64,000 nucleotides of DNA. Source: Ranitomeya imitator. Taxonomy: Eukaryota. The translations under genes were made by a program, and so were the position numbers. Of the stretch, positions 12,645-24,200 are shown one piece after another; position 1 is the stretch's first letter, and each line of letters starts with the position of its first letter. The stretch is from contig NC_091284.1 in the NCBI RefSeq assembly GCF_032444005.1, forward strand, positions 195,052,001 through 195,116,000. The letters are read 5' to 3'. Below the pieces are notes generated by a model. It had not been told where the DNA came from. It ran no database searches and was given only the letters and a program-made list of their open reading frames with translations.

Positions 12645-13399
12645 CAGCTTCGCTCTGCAGCATAAAATATCTCACAAAAAGGTATAGCATTGGCAAAAAG
12701 AACTTGAGCTAAAACTGTTTCTCTGTCCCAAAGGAGTGTTTCTAGTATGTAAGGATGCCTTTTGAGTTAAAAGGAGCCCTTTCTACATTTTAAAGGGAAA
12801 TGTTAAAAATATTGAGCTTCTGCAGAAATATGCAGTGGCTTTTTTGGATAACATCATCCTTTTGAGACCAAATTGAAAAATCCATTTAAATCAGGTTCAG
12901 ACTATTCTATAAACATTTAGAGAAGCTGGGTTTACTATAAATATAAAAAAAGTGTGCAATAAGTATAGAACAGCCAAAACATGTGGGCAACATTTTAGAA
13001 AGAGGCATGATTAAGCCCAAAATAAATAAGGTAGAGTAAATACAGGGTTGGCCATGGCAGCTCACTAAAAAGCAAGTAAGGCCGTGATGAACCTGCACCT
13101 TGCCACCCCGCCTGACATCGCTATTACATCAGAAGAATCATGCAGTGTGGTCTCCCCACTTGCACCAGGTTTCTCATACCCTGGGGACATGTAAGGACTG
13201 CTTGGTACAGTTTTACACAGTCACCCCTGTCTACACGGGACCATGGAGGCATGGGGAGTGAGATGTGGCCCATGCAATCATTGCTGTGGCACCAGACTCG
13301 CTCACAATCTTGAGAGTATGAGAGGCCCTTTTCACTAGCACTGGTGAAACAGAGCTCTGCCAGCCAAGTAGGATTGCCACCAGTTCCTCGTTAGATATA

Positions 13400-13860
13400 C
13401 AGTTGTGTGAAAAAGTGTTTGTTTCCTTCCTGATTTTCTATTCTTTTGCCTGTCTGTCACACGTAATTGTTTTCAGATCACAAAACAAATGTAAATATTA
13501 GACAAAAATAACACAACTAAACACAAAATGAAGTTTTTAAATGAAAGTCTTTATTATTAAGGGAAAAAGAAATGCAAACCTACAGGGCCCTGTGTCAAAA
13601 AGTGATTTCCTCCCTACACCTAATAACTGGTTGGGCCACGTTTAGGAGCAACAACTGCAATCAAGCATTTACAATAACTGGTCTTTTATGATGCTCTGGA
13701 GGAATATTGCCCACTCACCTTTGCAGAATTGTTGTAATTCAGTCACATAGGAGGTTCTCCAAACTTGAACCACCTTTTTAAGGTCATGCCACAGCATCTC
13801 AATAAGATTAAGGTTAAGACTTTGACAAGGCCACTCCAATGGCTTAATTTTGCTTATTAA
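13400..13860 (-). mobile_element. Tc1 transposon 3' fragment with TIR
   Basis: TA at 13398-13399, then TIR cagttgtgtgaaaaagtgtttg. Minus-strand LEWPCQSLNLNLIEMLWHDLKK...ELQQFCKGEW is a decayed WPSQSPDLNPIE region. Confidence 0.8.
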
Positions 13861-14370
13861 CACATCCATTAATGGGATTATATTGGGCCTTAAACCAGCC
13901 CTGGTAGCATGGAAAGCTAAACCGAGAATACGGACGTGTGGATTTGTGGATTGAGATAAGAAAGCAGCCTTATGTTAAATTATATATTTAATCACCTTAT
14001 CGGCACGCTAGACAATTCCGTACACACAATGGTTATACAAACAGTATATAATAGTCAGATATCCAAATATAAACAGTGGTAGTGCAAAAGATGTAAGCAG
14101 ATGGATAATTTCAATTACCCATTTAATGTTTGACCATGTGTGTGCAGGGCCGCAGGGGGCATAGGCTGTCAGCTGGTTCCTAGTTCCTTCACAGCACATT
14201 ACTTAACATGGCCCCCACTTTCAAAATGAGCATTAAAGTGAGAGACCACATGGCCTTACACTAGCCTTTATCTACTTTTGTCAGTCCCCTCCTGCATTCT
14301 AGGCTGAACTTAAATCCCCTCCCCTTGCCTCTAGCAGCTAAAAACTCCAAAACCTAAGATGGGTCATAAC

Positions 14371-15145
14371 TAGTGTTGAGCGATACCGTCCGATACTTGA
14401 AAGTATCGGTATCGGATAGTATCGGCCGATACCCGAAAAATATCGGATATCGCCGATACCGATATCCGATACCAATACAAGTCAATGGGACATCAAGTAT
14501 CGGAAGGTATCCTCATGGATCCCAGGGTCTGAAGGAGAGGAAACTCTCCTTCAGGCCCTGGGATCCATATTAAAGTGTAAAATAAAGAATTAAAATAAAA
14601 AATATTGTTATATTCACCTCTCCGGCGGCCCCTGGACATCAGCGGGAGGATCCGGCGTCCGGCACGGCTTCTTTCTTCAAAATGCGCGCCTTCAGGACCT
14701 GTGGAATGACGTCCCGGCTTCTGATTGGTCGCGTGCCGCCCATGTGACCGCCACGCGACCAATCAGAAGCCGCGACGTCATTCCTCAGGTCCTAGAAGGC
14801 GCTCATTCTAGGACTTTAGCTGAGGAATGACGTCGCGGCTTCTGATTGGTCGCGTGGCGGTCACATGGGCGGCACGCGACCAATCAGAAGCCGGGACGTC
14901 ATTCCACAGGTCCTGAAGGCGCGCATTTTGAAGAAAGAAGCCGTGCCGGACGCCGGATCCTCCCGCTGATGTCCAGGGGCCGCCGGAGAGGTGAATATAA
15001 CAATATTTTTTATTTTAATTCTTTATTTTACACTTCCGATACCGATACCCGATATCACAAAAATATCGGATCTCGGTATCGGAATTCCGATACCGCAAGT
15101 ATCGGCCGATACCCGATACTTGCGGTATCGGAATGCTCAACACTA
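14371..15145. mobile_element. hAT MITE, 775 bp, palindromic overall
   Basis: TIR tagtgttgagc / gctcaacacta. 8-bp TSD gtcataac at 14363-14370 and 15146-15153. Internal arms mirror about ~14810. Confidence 0.92.
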
Positions 15146-15199
15146 GTCATAACTCCTTAATTGATGATCCTAGAGAGGTGGTTTTGGTGCCATAGGATC

Positions 15200-15675
15200 T
15201 GGCTGGGACCCTACTATGTGTTCATTCCAAACACACCTCCTACTAGCCATTCTATGTATCTCCCTTTCCTGTGGTGCTAGAACGGAACGATACCCTGGAA
15301 TGCATTTGGTCTATTTCAGAGATCTCGAAAATGTAACTGGAGGGTGACTAGGACATACAATAAGCTCATTTTCTCCATATGATATTCTAGTAGTCTGGAC
15401 ATAGAAGTTAGACTGTATGGTATCCACATTGCAAGCAAAACATTTGCTCTGAGCTTTGCTGGCTCAAGGTGTGAGATCTGTCACTCATAGTTTTTTGAGA
15501 CTTGACCGCTGACTAAGCTAGGTTTCTCCACAAAGGCCAATTTTCTCCAATTTTCTCCACAAAGGCCTTTTGCTTTCTTGGGCATTGCGGGTTTCTGTCA
15601 ATGTTTCGTATCTAATTTTACCAGTATTACAGCTCCTTTGTCAGACACTACCAAAGAAAAAGAAATTAGCAATTG
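15200..15675 (+). pseudogene. Old Gypsy pol fragment (RT end/connection), left part
   Basis: 15572-15660 translates AFLGIAGFCQCFVSNFTSITAPLSDTTKE, matching the FLG..GYYRRFI.NFS.IAAPLT.L motif. The left boundary is approximate. Confidence 0.6.
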
Positions 15676-17128
15676 TTAACTCCTTAATCCCATATGACGT
15701 ACTATCCCGTCGAGGTGCCCTGGGACTTAATTCCCAGTGACGGGATAGTACGTCATAGGCGATCGGCCACGCTCACGGGGGGAGCGCGGCCGATCGCGGC
15801 CGGGTGTTAGCTGACTGTCGCAGCTGACATCCGGCACTATGTGCCAGGAGCGGTCACGGACCGCTCCCGGCACATTAACCCCTGGCACACCGTGATCAAA
15901 CATGATCGCGATGTGCCGGCGGTACAGGGAAGCATCGCGCAGGGAGGGGGCTCCCTGCGGGCTTCCCTGAGACGATCGGTACACGGTGATGTACTCATCG
16001 TGTACCGAGCGTCTTCTCCCTGCAGTCCCCGGATCCAAAATGGCCGTGGGGCTGCATCCGGGTCCTGCAGGGAGCACTTCCGGGTCGCCTGCAGGCACTT
16101 GGTAACGCTGCAGCGATGAATGAGATCGCCGATCTTACAGAGTGCTGTGCAAACTGTAAGGTCAGCGATCTGTGATGTCCCCCCTGGGACAAAGTAAAAA
16201 AGTTAAAAAAAAAAATTTCCACATGTGTAAAAAAATAATAAATACTAAATAAATAAAAAAAATATTATTCCCATAAATACATTTCTTTATCTAAAAAAAA
16301 AAAAAAAAACAATAAATGTACACATATTTAGTATCGCCGCGTCCGTAACGACCCAACCTATAAAACTGTCCCACTAGTTAACCCCTTCAGTGAACACCGT
16401 AAGAAAAAAAAAAAAAAAAACAAGCCAAAAAACAACGCTTTATTATCATAACCGCCAAACAAAAAGTGGAATAACACGCGATCAAAAAGATGGATATAAA
16501 TAAACATGATACCGCTGAAAACATCATCTTGTCCCGCAAAAAACGAGCCACCACAAAGCACAATAAGCAAAAAAATAAAAAAGTTATAGTCCTGAGAATA
16601 AAGCGATGCCAAAATAATTATTTTTTCTATAAAATAGCTTTTATCGTATAAAAGCGCCAAAACATAAAAAAATGATATAAATGAGGTATCGCTGTAATCG
16701 TACTGACCCAACGAATAAAACTGCTTCATCCACTTTACCAAACGCGGAACGGTATAAACGCCTCCCCCAAAAGAAATTCATGAATAGCTGGTTTTTGGTC
16801 ATTCTGCCTCACAAAAATCGGAATAAAAAGTGATCAAAAACTGTCACGTGTCCAAAAATGTTACCAATAAAAACGTCAACTCATCCCGCAAAAAACAAGA
16901 CCTCACACGACTGTGGACCAAAATATGGAAAAATTATAGGTCTCAAAATGTGGAGATGCAAAAACTTTTTTGCTATAAAAAAAGCGTATTTTAGTGTGTG
17001 ACGGCTGCCAATCATAAAAATCCGATATAAAAAACGCTATAAAAGTAAATCAACCCCCCCTTCATCACCCCCTTAGTAAGGGAAAAATAATAAAATAAAA
17101 AAAATGTATTTATTTCCATTTTCCCATC

Positions 17129-17545
17129 AGGGCTAGGGTTAGGGCTAGGGTTAGGGCTAGGGTTAGGGCTAGGGTTGGGGCTAGGGTTGGGGCTAGGGTT
17201 AGGGCTAGGGTTAGGGCTAGGGTTGGGGCTAGGGTTGGGGCTAGGGTTGGGGTTGGGGCTAGGGTTAGGGCTAGGGTTAGGGCTAGGGTTGGGGCTAGAG
17301 TTGGGGCTAGGGTTGGGGTTGGGGTTAGGGTTGGAGCTAAAGTTAGGGTTAGGGTTGGGGCTAAAGTTAGGGTTAGCTTTGGGGCTAAAGTTAGGGTTAG
17401 GGTTGGGGCTAAAGTTAGGGTTAGGGTTTGGATTATATTTATGGTTGGGATTAGGGTTGGGATTAGAATTAGGGGTACGTCAGGGTTAGGGGTGTGATTA
17501 GGGTTACTGTTGGGATTAGGGTTAGGGGTGTGTTAGGGTTAGGGT
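17129..17545 (+). repeat. Telomere-like array (TTAGGG/CTAGGG/TTGGGG variants)
   Basis: Direct reading: (gggttagggcta)n grading into gggttggggcta and degenerate ttaggg. Confidence 0.95.
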
Positions 17546-17578
17546 TTCAGGTAGAATTGGGGAGTTTCCACTGTGCAG

Positions 17579-19380
17579 GCACATCAGGGGCTCTCCAAAC
17601 GCGACATGGCGTCCGATCTCAATTCCAGCCAATTCTGCGTTGAAAAAGTAAAACAGTGCTACTTCCCTTCCGAGCTCTCCGGTGCGCCCAAACAGGGGTT
17701 TACCCCAACATATGGGGTATCAGCGTACTCAGGACAAATTGGACAACAACTTTTGGGGTCCAAGTTCTCTTGTTATCCTTGGGAAAATAAAAATGTGGGG
17801 GGCTAAAAATCATTTTTGTGGGAAAAATAAGATTTTTTTTATTTTTGCGGCTCTGCGTTGTAAACTGCAGTGAAACACTTGGGGGTTCAAAGTTCTCACA
17901 ACACATCTAGATAGGTTCCTTGGGAGGTCTAGTTTCCAATATGGGGTCAATTGTGGGGGGTTTGTACTGTTTGGGTACATCAGGGGCTCTGCAAATGCAA
18001 CGTGACGCCTGCAGACCAATCCATCTAAGTCTGTATTCCAAATGGCGCTCCTTCCCTTCCGAGCTCTGCCATGCGCCCAAACAGTGCTTCCCCCCACATA
18101 TGGGGTATCAGCGTACTCAAGACAAATTGGACAACAACTTTTGGGGTCCAATTTATCCTGTTACCCTTGTGAAAATACAAAACTGGGGACTAAAAAATCA
18201 TTTTTGTGAAAAAAAAAAAGAATTTTTATTTTCATGGCTTTGCGTTATAAACTGTAGTGAAACACTTGGGGGCTCAAAGCTCTCAAAACACATCTAGATA
18301 AGTTCCTTAGGGGGTCTACTTTCCAAAATGGTGTCACTTTTGGGTGGTTTCAATGTTTAGGCACATCAGGGGCTCTCCAAACGCAACATGGCGTCCCATC
18401 TCAATTCCAGTCAATTTTGCATTGAAAAGTCACATGGCACTCCTTCCCTTCCGAGCTCTGCCATGCGCCCAAACAATGGTTTACACCCACATATGGTGTA
18501 TCAGCGTACTCAGGACAAATTGCACAACAACTTTTGTCATCTAATTTCTTCTCTTACCCTTGGGAAAATAAAAAATTGGGGGCAAAAAGATCATTTTTGT
18601 GAAAAAATATGATTTTTTATTTTTACGGCTCTGCATTATAAACTTCTATGAAGCACTTGGTGGGTCAAAGTGCTCACCACACATCTAGATAAGTTCCTTA
18701 AGGGGTCTACTTTCCAAAATGGTGTCACTTGTGGGGGGTTTCAATGTTTAGGCACATCAGGGGCTCTCCAAACGCAACATGGCGTTCCATCTCAATTCCA
18801 GTCAATTTTGCATTGAAAAGTCAAATGGCGCTCCTTCCCTTCCGAGCTCTGCCATGCGCCCAAACAGTGGTTTATCCCCACATATGGGGTATCAGCGTAC
18901 TCAGGACAAATTGCACAACAACTTTTGTGGTCTAATTTCTTCTCTTACCCTTGGGAAAATAAAAAATTGGGGGCAAAAAGATCATTTTTGTGAAAAAATA
19001 TGATTTTTTATTTTTACGGCTCTGCATTATAAACTTCTATGAAGCACTTGGTGGGCCAAAGTGCTCACCACACATCTAGATAAGTTCCTTATGGGGTCTA
19101 CTTTCCAAAATGGTGTCACTTGTGGGGGGTTTCAATGTTTAGGCACATCAGGGGCTCTCCAAACGCAACATGGCGTCCCATCTCAATTCCAGTCAATTTT
19201 GCATTGAAAAGTCAAATGGCGCTCCTTTCCTTCTGAGCTCTGCCATGCGCCCAAACAGTGGTTTATCCCCACATATGGGGTATCAACGTACTCAGGACAA
19301 ATTGTACAACAACTTTTGGGATCCATTTTCTCCTGTTACCCTTGGTAAAATAAAACAAATTGGAGCTGAAATAAATTTTG
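17579..19380. repeat. Tandem ~390-bp unit, 4 full copies plus a partial fifth
   Basis: gcacatcaggggctctcc anchors at 17579, ~17975, 18361, 18752 and 19143 (spacing 386-396). Confidence 0.9.
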
Positions 19381-20002
19381 TGTGAAAAAAAGTTAAATGT
19401 ATATTTTTATTTAAACATTCCAAAAATTCCTGTAAAACACCTGAAGGGTTAGTAAACTTCTTGAATGTGGTTTTGAGCACCTTGAGGGGTGCAGTTTTTA
19501 GAATGGTGTCACACTTGGGTATTTTCCATCATATAGACCCCTCAAAATGACTTCAAATGAGATGTGGTCCCTAAAAAAAAAATGTTGTTGCAAAAATGAG
19601 AAATTGCTGGTCAACTTTTAACTCTTATAACTCCCTAACAAAAAAAAATTTTGGTTCCAAAATTGTGCTCATGTAAAGTAGACATGTGGGAAATGTTACT
19701 TATTAAGCATTTTGCATGACATATCTCTGTGATTTAAGGGTATAAAAATTCAAAGTTGGAAAATTGCGAAATTTTTAAAATTTTTGCCAAATTTCCAATT
19801 TTTTCACAAATAATCGCAGGTTATATCAAATAAATTTTACCACTATCATGAAGTACAATACGTCATGAGAAAACAGTGTCCGAATCGCCAAGATCCGTTG
19901 AAGCGTTCCAGAGTTATAACCTCATAAATGGACAGTGGTCAGAATTGTGAAAATTGGCCCGGTCATTAACGTGCAAACCACCCTCGGGGCTTAAGGGGTT
20001 AA

Positions 20003-20320
20003 ACGTTTACAAGGGGCAGAAAAATATTTTAAAGAGCTGAAAATGCAATGGTGTAGACAGATGGTGTTGGTTGTTGATAGCACCAAATTTCTTCAAAGAA
20101 TTTGTGGTACAAACATATGTATCAGATGTTGGTCTAAGGCTCTATTGTGTCAAGAAATGAATTAACAAGAGCATTCAGCTATGTATATAAACAGAAACTG
20201 TAACTATTGTGAAAAAAAATTCTATTATAGAATGAGAGTATCTAGCACTAAAGTGGGTACTAGTGTTGTTCGATACCACCTGATGGGTAGAAAGTTCAGG
20301 CTTTTCTCAGTAGCAGATAA
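20003..20320 (+). pseudogene. Old Gypsy pol fragment (RNase H), right part
   Basis: Frameshifted translation AEKYFKELK...FFKEFVVQTYVSDVGL...EHSAMY...EYLALKWVL...HLMGRKFRL resembles Gypsy RNase H. Confidence 0.65.
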
Positions 20321-21262
20321 GTCAGAACAAGAAAAAAAAATGCTACGATAGCATGCTGGTTTCTGGCATTACATTGATTTTGCAGTAGATCATAGACCAG
20401 TAAAATTAAATGTTAATGCAGATGCAGATGCATTGTCAATGTTACACTGGTGACTGAAAATGTCAAACCCCATGGCTTAGAGCAGATAGGAGGTAAATGT
20501 AAACATTCAGAAGGTAAGATTGCATATGGAAGGTATATGTCGCTGAGGCTTATTGCTTCTGTGATGTAAATCCTGTAAATGTTATGACCAGTAGTTTATT
20601 AACTAAAGGTTAAGCCCAGGTGTTAGGACTGGCGGAACGCACCAAGACAGGTGACAAAGATGCGTTCGCAGTCCGGGGTCCACCGTGCAGGTGAGAACCT
20701 GCTGCTAGCAATTTGCAGACTATATAGCGGTACACTAAAGTAAACACGCGTGGGTTAAACCTCACCCAGCGTGAGGAAAGCGATCCTGTTAATTCACAGG
20801 ACCGCAATACCGCACTAGAGTGCGAGCAAGTGGCCAGCGGACTTAACCCCAGAAGGGATTGAAGCCCGATTAGGCCCTTGCTGGCACAACACCGCAACTG
20901 GGTGTGTAGAGAACCTTCAGAAATATAAGCGCACAAGTGCGCGAGCGATGCCGCACTAACGGACGCCACTAACCACCCAGACTTGGGTATGGAAAGCGCA
21001 AGGCAGGCGCACGGCGCCGTACTGGCAGGCACAGCTACAGGACGCTGTGATGTGTGTTTAGTGTAGTAGGCTAAGTCGGGCGCTAGATAGCAGCCGTACA
21101 CCTTCCGCGAACAGACATTCAATAGGGAAGGGGTAACCAAGAACGACTTGCACTCACACATACACACATATCAATTGTAAGACAATACTAGCGCATGGCC
21201 GTGCGGTCATGCGCAGTTTATATAGCTGCAGCACAGGAAATGGCTATAGAACTTTTGCCCTT

Positions 21263-24200
21263 CTAGGACCTGCCAAAAGGACCAATGGAATGTGCCGCAG
21301 AGCCTGAGCACATGACCCTCGATCTCCAACGGGAGATCTTGCCCTGGGCATGCTCAGTGTGTGCAGATAAGGACTTAGTCCCAGAGAAGTCCGCTCGCTG
21401 CTGACCAGAATAGGCTTCAAAGGCAGAAGCTGGAGAAGCAGCAATAACTCTTCTCACAGAGTCAGACTGAGCGAGACGCTGGGATCGACGTCCCTGCTGA
21501 GCAGACTCCACTGCGGCTGGAGGGGAATGGGAGACCGCAGCGGAGACGGATCGAGATTCCCCCTGTGCAGCAGAGGAAACTCGACTCCTAACATTACCCC
21601 CCCTCCTAGGGCCCCCCCCTCCTTGGGCCTCGCCACGCTCGAAGGCAGCAATGAGCTGTGGGGCCCGAATGTTTTCAGCAGGCTCCCAAGACCTGTCCTC
21701 TGGACCATAACCCTTCCAATCCACCAAATAAAACTTTTTGCCGCGTACCACCTTGCACCCCAAAATAGCGTTCACCTCGTAATCGTCCGTAGACGAACCC
21801 GATGTCCCGGCAGATGACTCGGAAAACCGGGACATGTATACGGGTTTCAAGAGGGACACATGAAAGGTGTCGGTGATACCCAAGCGTGGAGGAAGAGCCA
21901 GGCGGTAGACCACGGGATTAACCTGCTCGAGGACCTTGAATGGGCCCAAGTAGCGAGGAGCAAACTTAGTGGACTCAACTCGCAGCCTGATGTTACGGGC
22001 GGAGAGCCACACCAAGTCACCAGGAGCAAAGGCCGGGGCAGGGCGCCGATGTGCATCGGCGGAGGACCTCATTCTCTCCTTCGAGGCCCGAATGGCATCC
22101 TGAGTGCGGTCCCAAATGTCCCGTGCCTCCACTGCCCAGTCTGCCACCCTGGAGTCAGCAGAGGACACGGGCATAGGCACAGGAACCCGCGGATGCTGGC
22201 CGTAATTAAGGAGGAAAGGAGTCTGACCGGTGGAATCGGCTACAGCGTTATTAAGGGCGAACTCTGCCCATGGTAATAAAGATGCCCAGTCATCCTGCCT
22301 GGCAGAAACAAAATGTCGCAGATATGTGACCAGAGTCTGATTGGCCCTCTCTACCAACCCATTCGTCTCGGGATGATATGCGGAAGAGAGATTTAACTCA
22401 ATGCTGAGAAGACGACAAAGCTCTCTCCAGAACCGAGACGCAAACTGGGGACCCCGGTCACTGACAATTTTGTCTGGCATGCCGTGTAGGCGGAAGATGT
22501 GTCTTATGAACAATGCTGCCAAGGCCCGTGCAGAAGGTAACCGTGGGAGCGGCACCAAGTGCACCATTTTCGAGAAATGATCGGTAATTACCCAAATGGC
22601 GGTACAGCCGCGAGACTTGGGCAAACCCACTACAAAGTCCATCCCGACCATCTCCCAGGGCCTGTCTGCCACCGGCAAGGGATAGAGTAACCCAGACGGC
22701 CGTTGTCGAGGAGACTTATTTTTGGCGCATGAGACACACGCCAGAACGTAATCCCTGACATCTCGCAGCATATGCGGCCACCAGTACGTCCTCGCCAGCA
22801 GCTCAGATGTCCTTTTAGTCCCAAAGTGTCCACCCACCCTGGAGGAATGAGCCCAAGAGAGAACCTCCGGTCGCAAATTTATGGGCACAAAAGTCTTGCC
22901 CGGAGGCACAGACTCAAGCGACACCGGAGCCACGGTTCTCAAGCTCTCAGAAGGAACAATAAGCCGAGGCTCTCCTTCCTCCTCCTCAGATGACACAACA
23001 GAGCGAGAAAGAGCATCAGCTCGAATGTTCTTCTCCCCAGCGACATAATGGAGGGTGAAGTGGAATCGGGAGAAGAATAAGGACCATCTGGCCTGGCGAG
23101 AATTTAGCCTCTGGGCTGTTTGCAAATATAGCAAATTTTTATGGTCTGTAAATACTTGAAAGGGAAAACGAGCCCCCTCCAAGAGATGTCTCCACTCAGA
23201 GAAAGCCAATTTCATCGCTAGCAACTCCCTGTCCCCGATGGAATAATTCCTCTCCGCTGGTGTGAAGGTCTTGGAGAAGAAAAAGCACGGATGCTTCCGA
23301 CCTTGAGCATCCTTCTGGAAGAGGACTGCTCCAGCACCAACGGAAGAGGCATCCACCTCCATTATAAACGGCTTATCGACATCGGGACGATGTAGGATGG
23401 GAGCGCTAGCAAAATGAGACTTAGTAGAAGAAAAGGCCCTGGAGACCTCTTCAGACCACACTTTGGGATTTGCTCCCTTCTTGGTGAGGGCTACCAAGGG
23501 AGCTACCAAAGTTGAGAAATGGGGGATGAACTGGCGGTAATAATTAATGAACCCCATAAAGCGCTGCACCGCTTTAAGTGAATGGGGTTCTTGCCAGTCC
23601 ATCACAGCCTGTAGTTTGGCAGGATCCATAGCCAATCCTTGGGCAGAGATGATATAGCCCAGGAAAGGTAAAGACTCCTGCTCAAACACACACTTCTCCA
23701 ACTTTGCGTAAAGAGAGTTTGCCCGTAAGAGGTCGAAGACTCTGCCAACATCTCTCCGGTGGGAGTCAATATCTGGAGAGAAGATGAGAATATCATCCAG
23801 ATAGACTACGACCGAGGTGGAAAGCATATCCCGGAAGATGTCGTTGACAAAGTCTTGGAAAACGGCTGGGGCATTACAGAGCCCGAAGGGCATCACCAGA
23901 TACTCATAATGCCCATCTCTGGTGTTAAACGCCGTCTTCCATTCGTCCCCCTCACGAATGCGAATCAGGTTATAAGCTCCCCGCAGGTCTAATTTGGTAA
24001 ATACCTTAGCTCCCCGTAGCCTATCAAAAAGCTCAGAAATCAGGGGCAGCGGGTACTTATTTTTAACGGTGATGGCGTTAAGACCCCTGTAGTCTATGCA
24101 AGGACGCAACTCTCCATTCTTCTTCTGTACGAAGAAGAACCCTGCCCCAGCTGGTGACACTGACTTCCTAATAAATCCTCTTGCCAAATTCTCCTGGATG

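Larger units (their letters stand above)
15680..19998. mobile_element. Non-autonomous TTAA-targeting DNA transposon (piggyBac-like), 4.3 kb, copy 1
   Basis: TTAA at 15676-15679 and 19999-20002. Termini ctcctt / aagggg. Subterminal perfect 19-bp hairpin at 15693-15757. It splits a Gypsy pol remnant that resumes at 20003. Confidence 0.85.

Noticed and set aside
17175-17489. 104-aa GLGLGL ORF
   Set aside because: It is a translation of the telomere-like array, not a gene.
17129-17545. True telomere or chromosome-fusion scar
   Set aside because: The array is short, variant-rich and embedded at a homologous position in two transposon copies. There is no head-to-head TTAGGG/CCCTAA junction.
20610-21167. 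185-190-aa minus-strand ORFs in the LTRs (also 25739-26311, 42048-42551)
   Set aside because: They are duplicated only because the LTRs are duplicated, have no recognisable domain, and span the predicted TSS.
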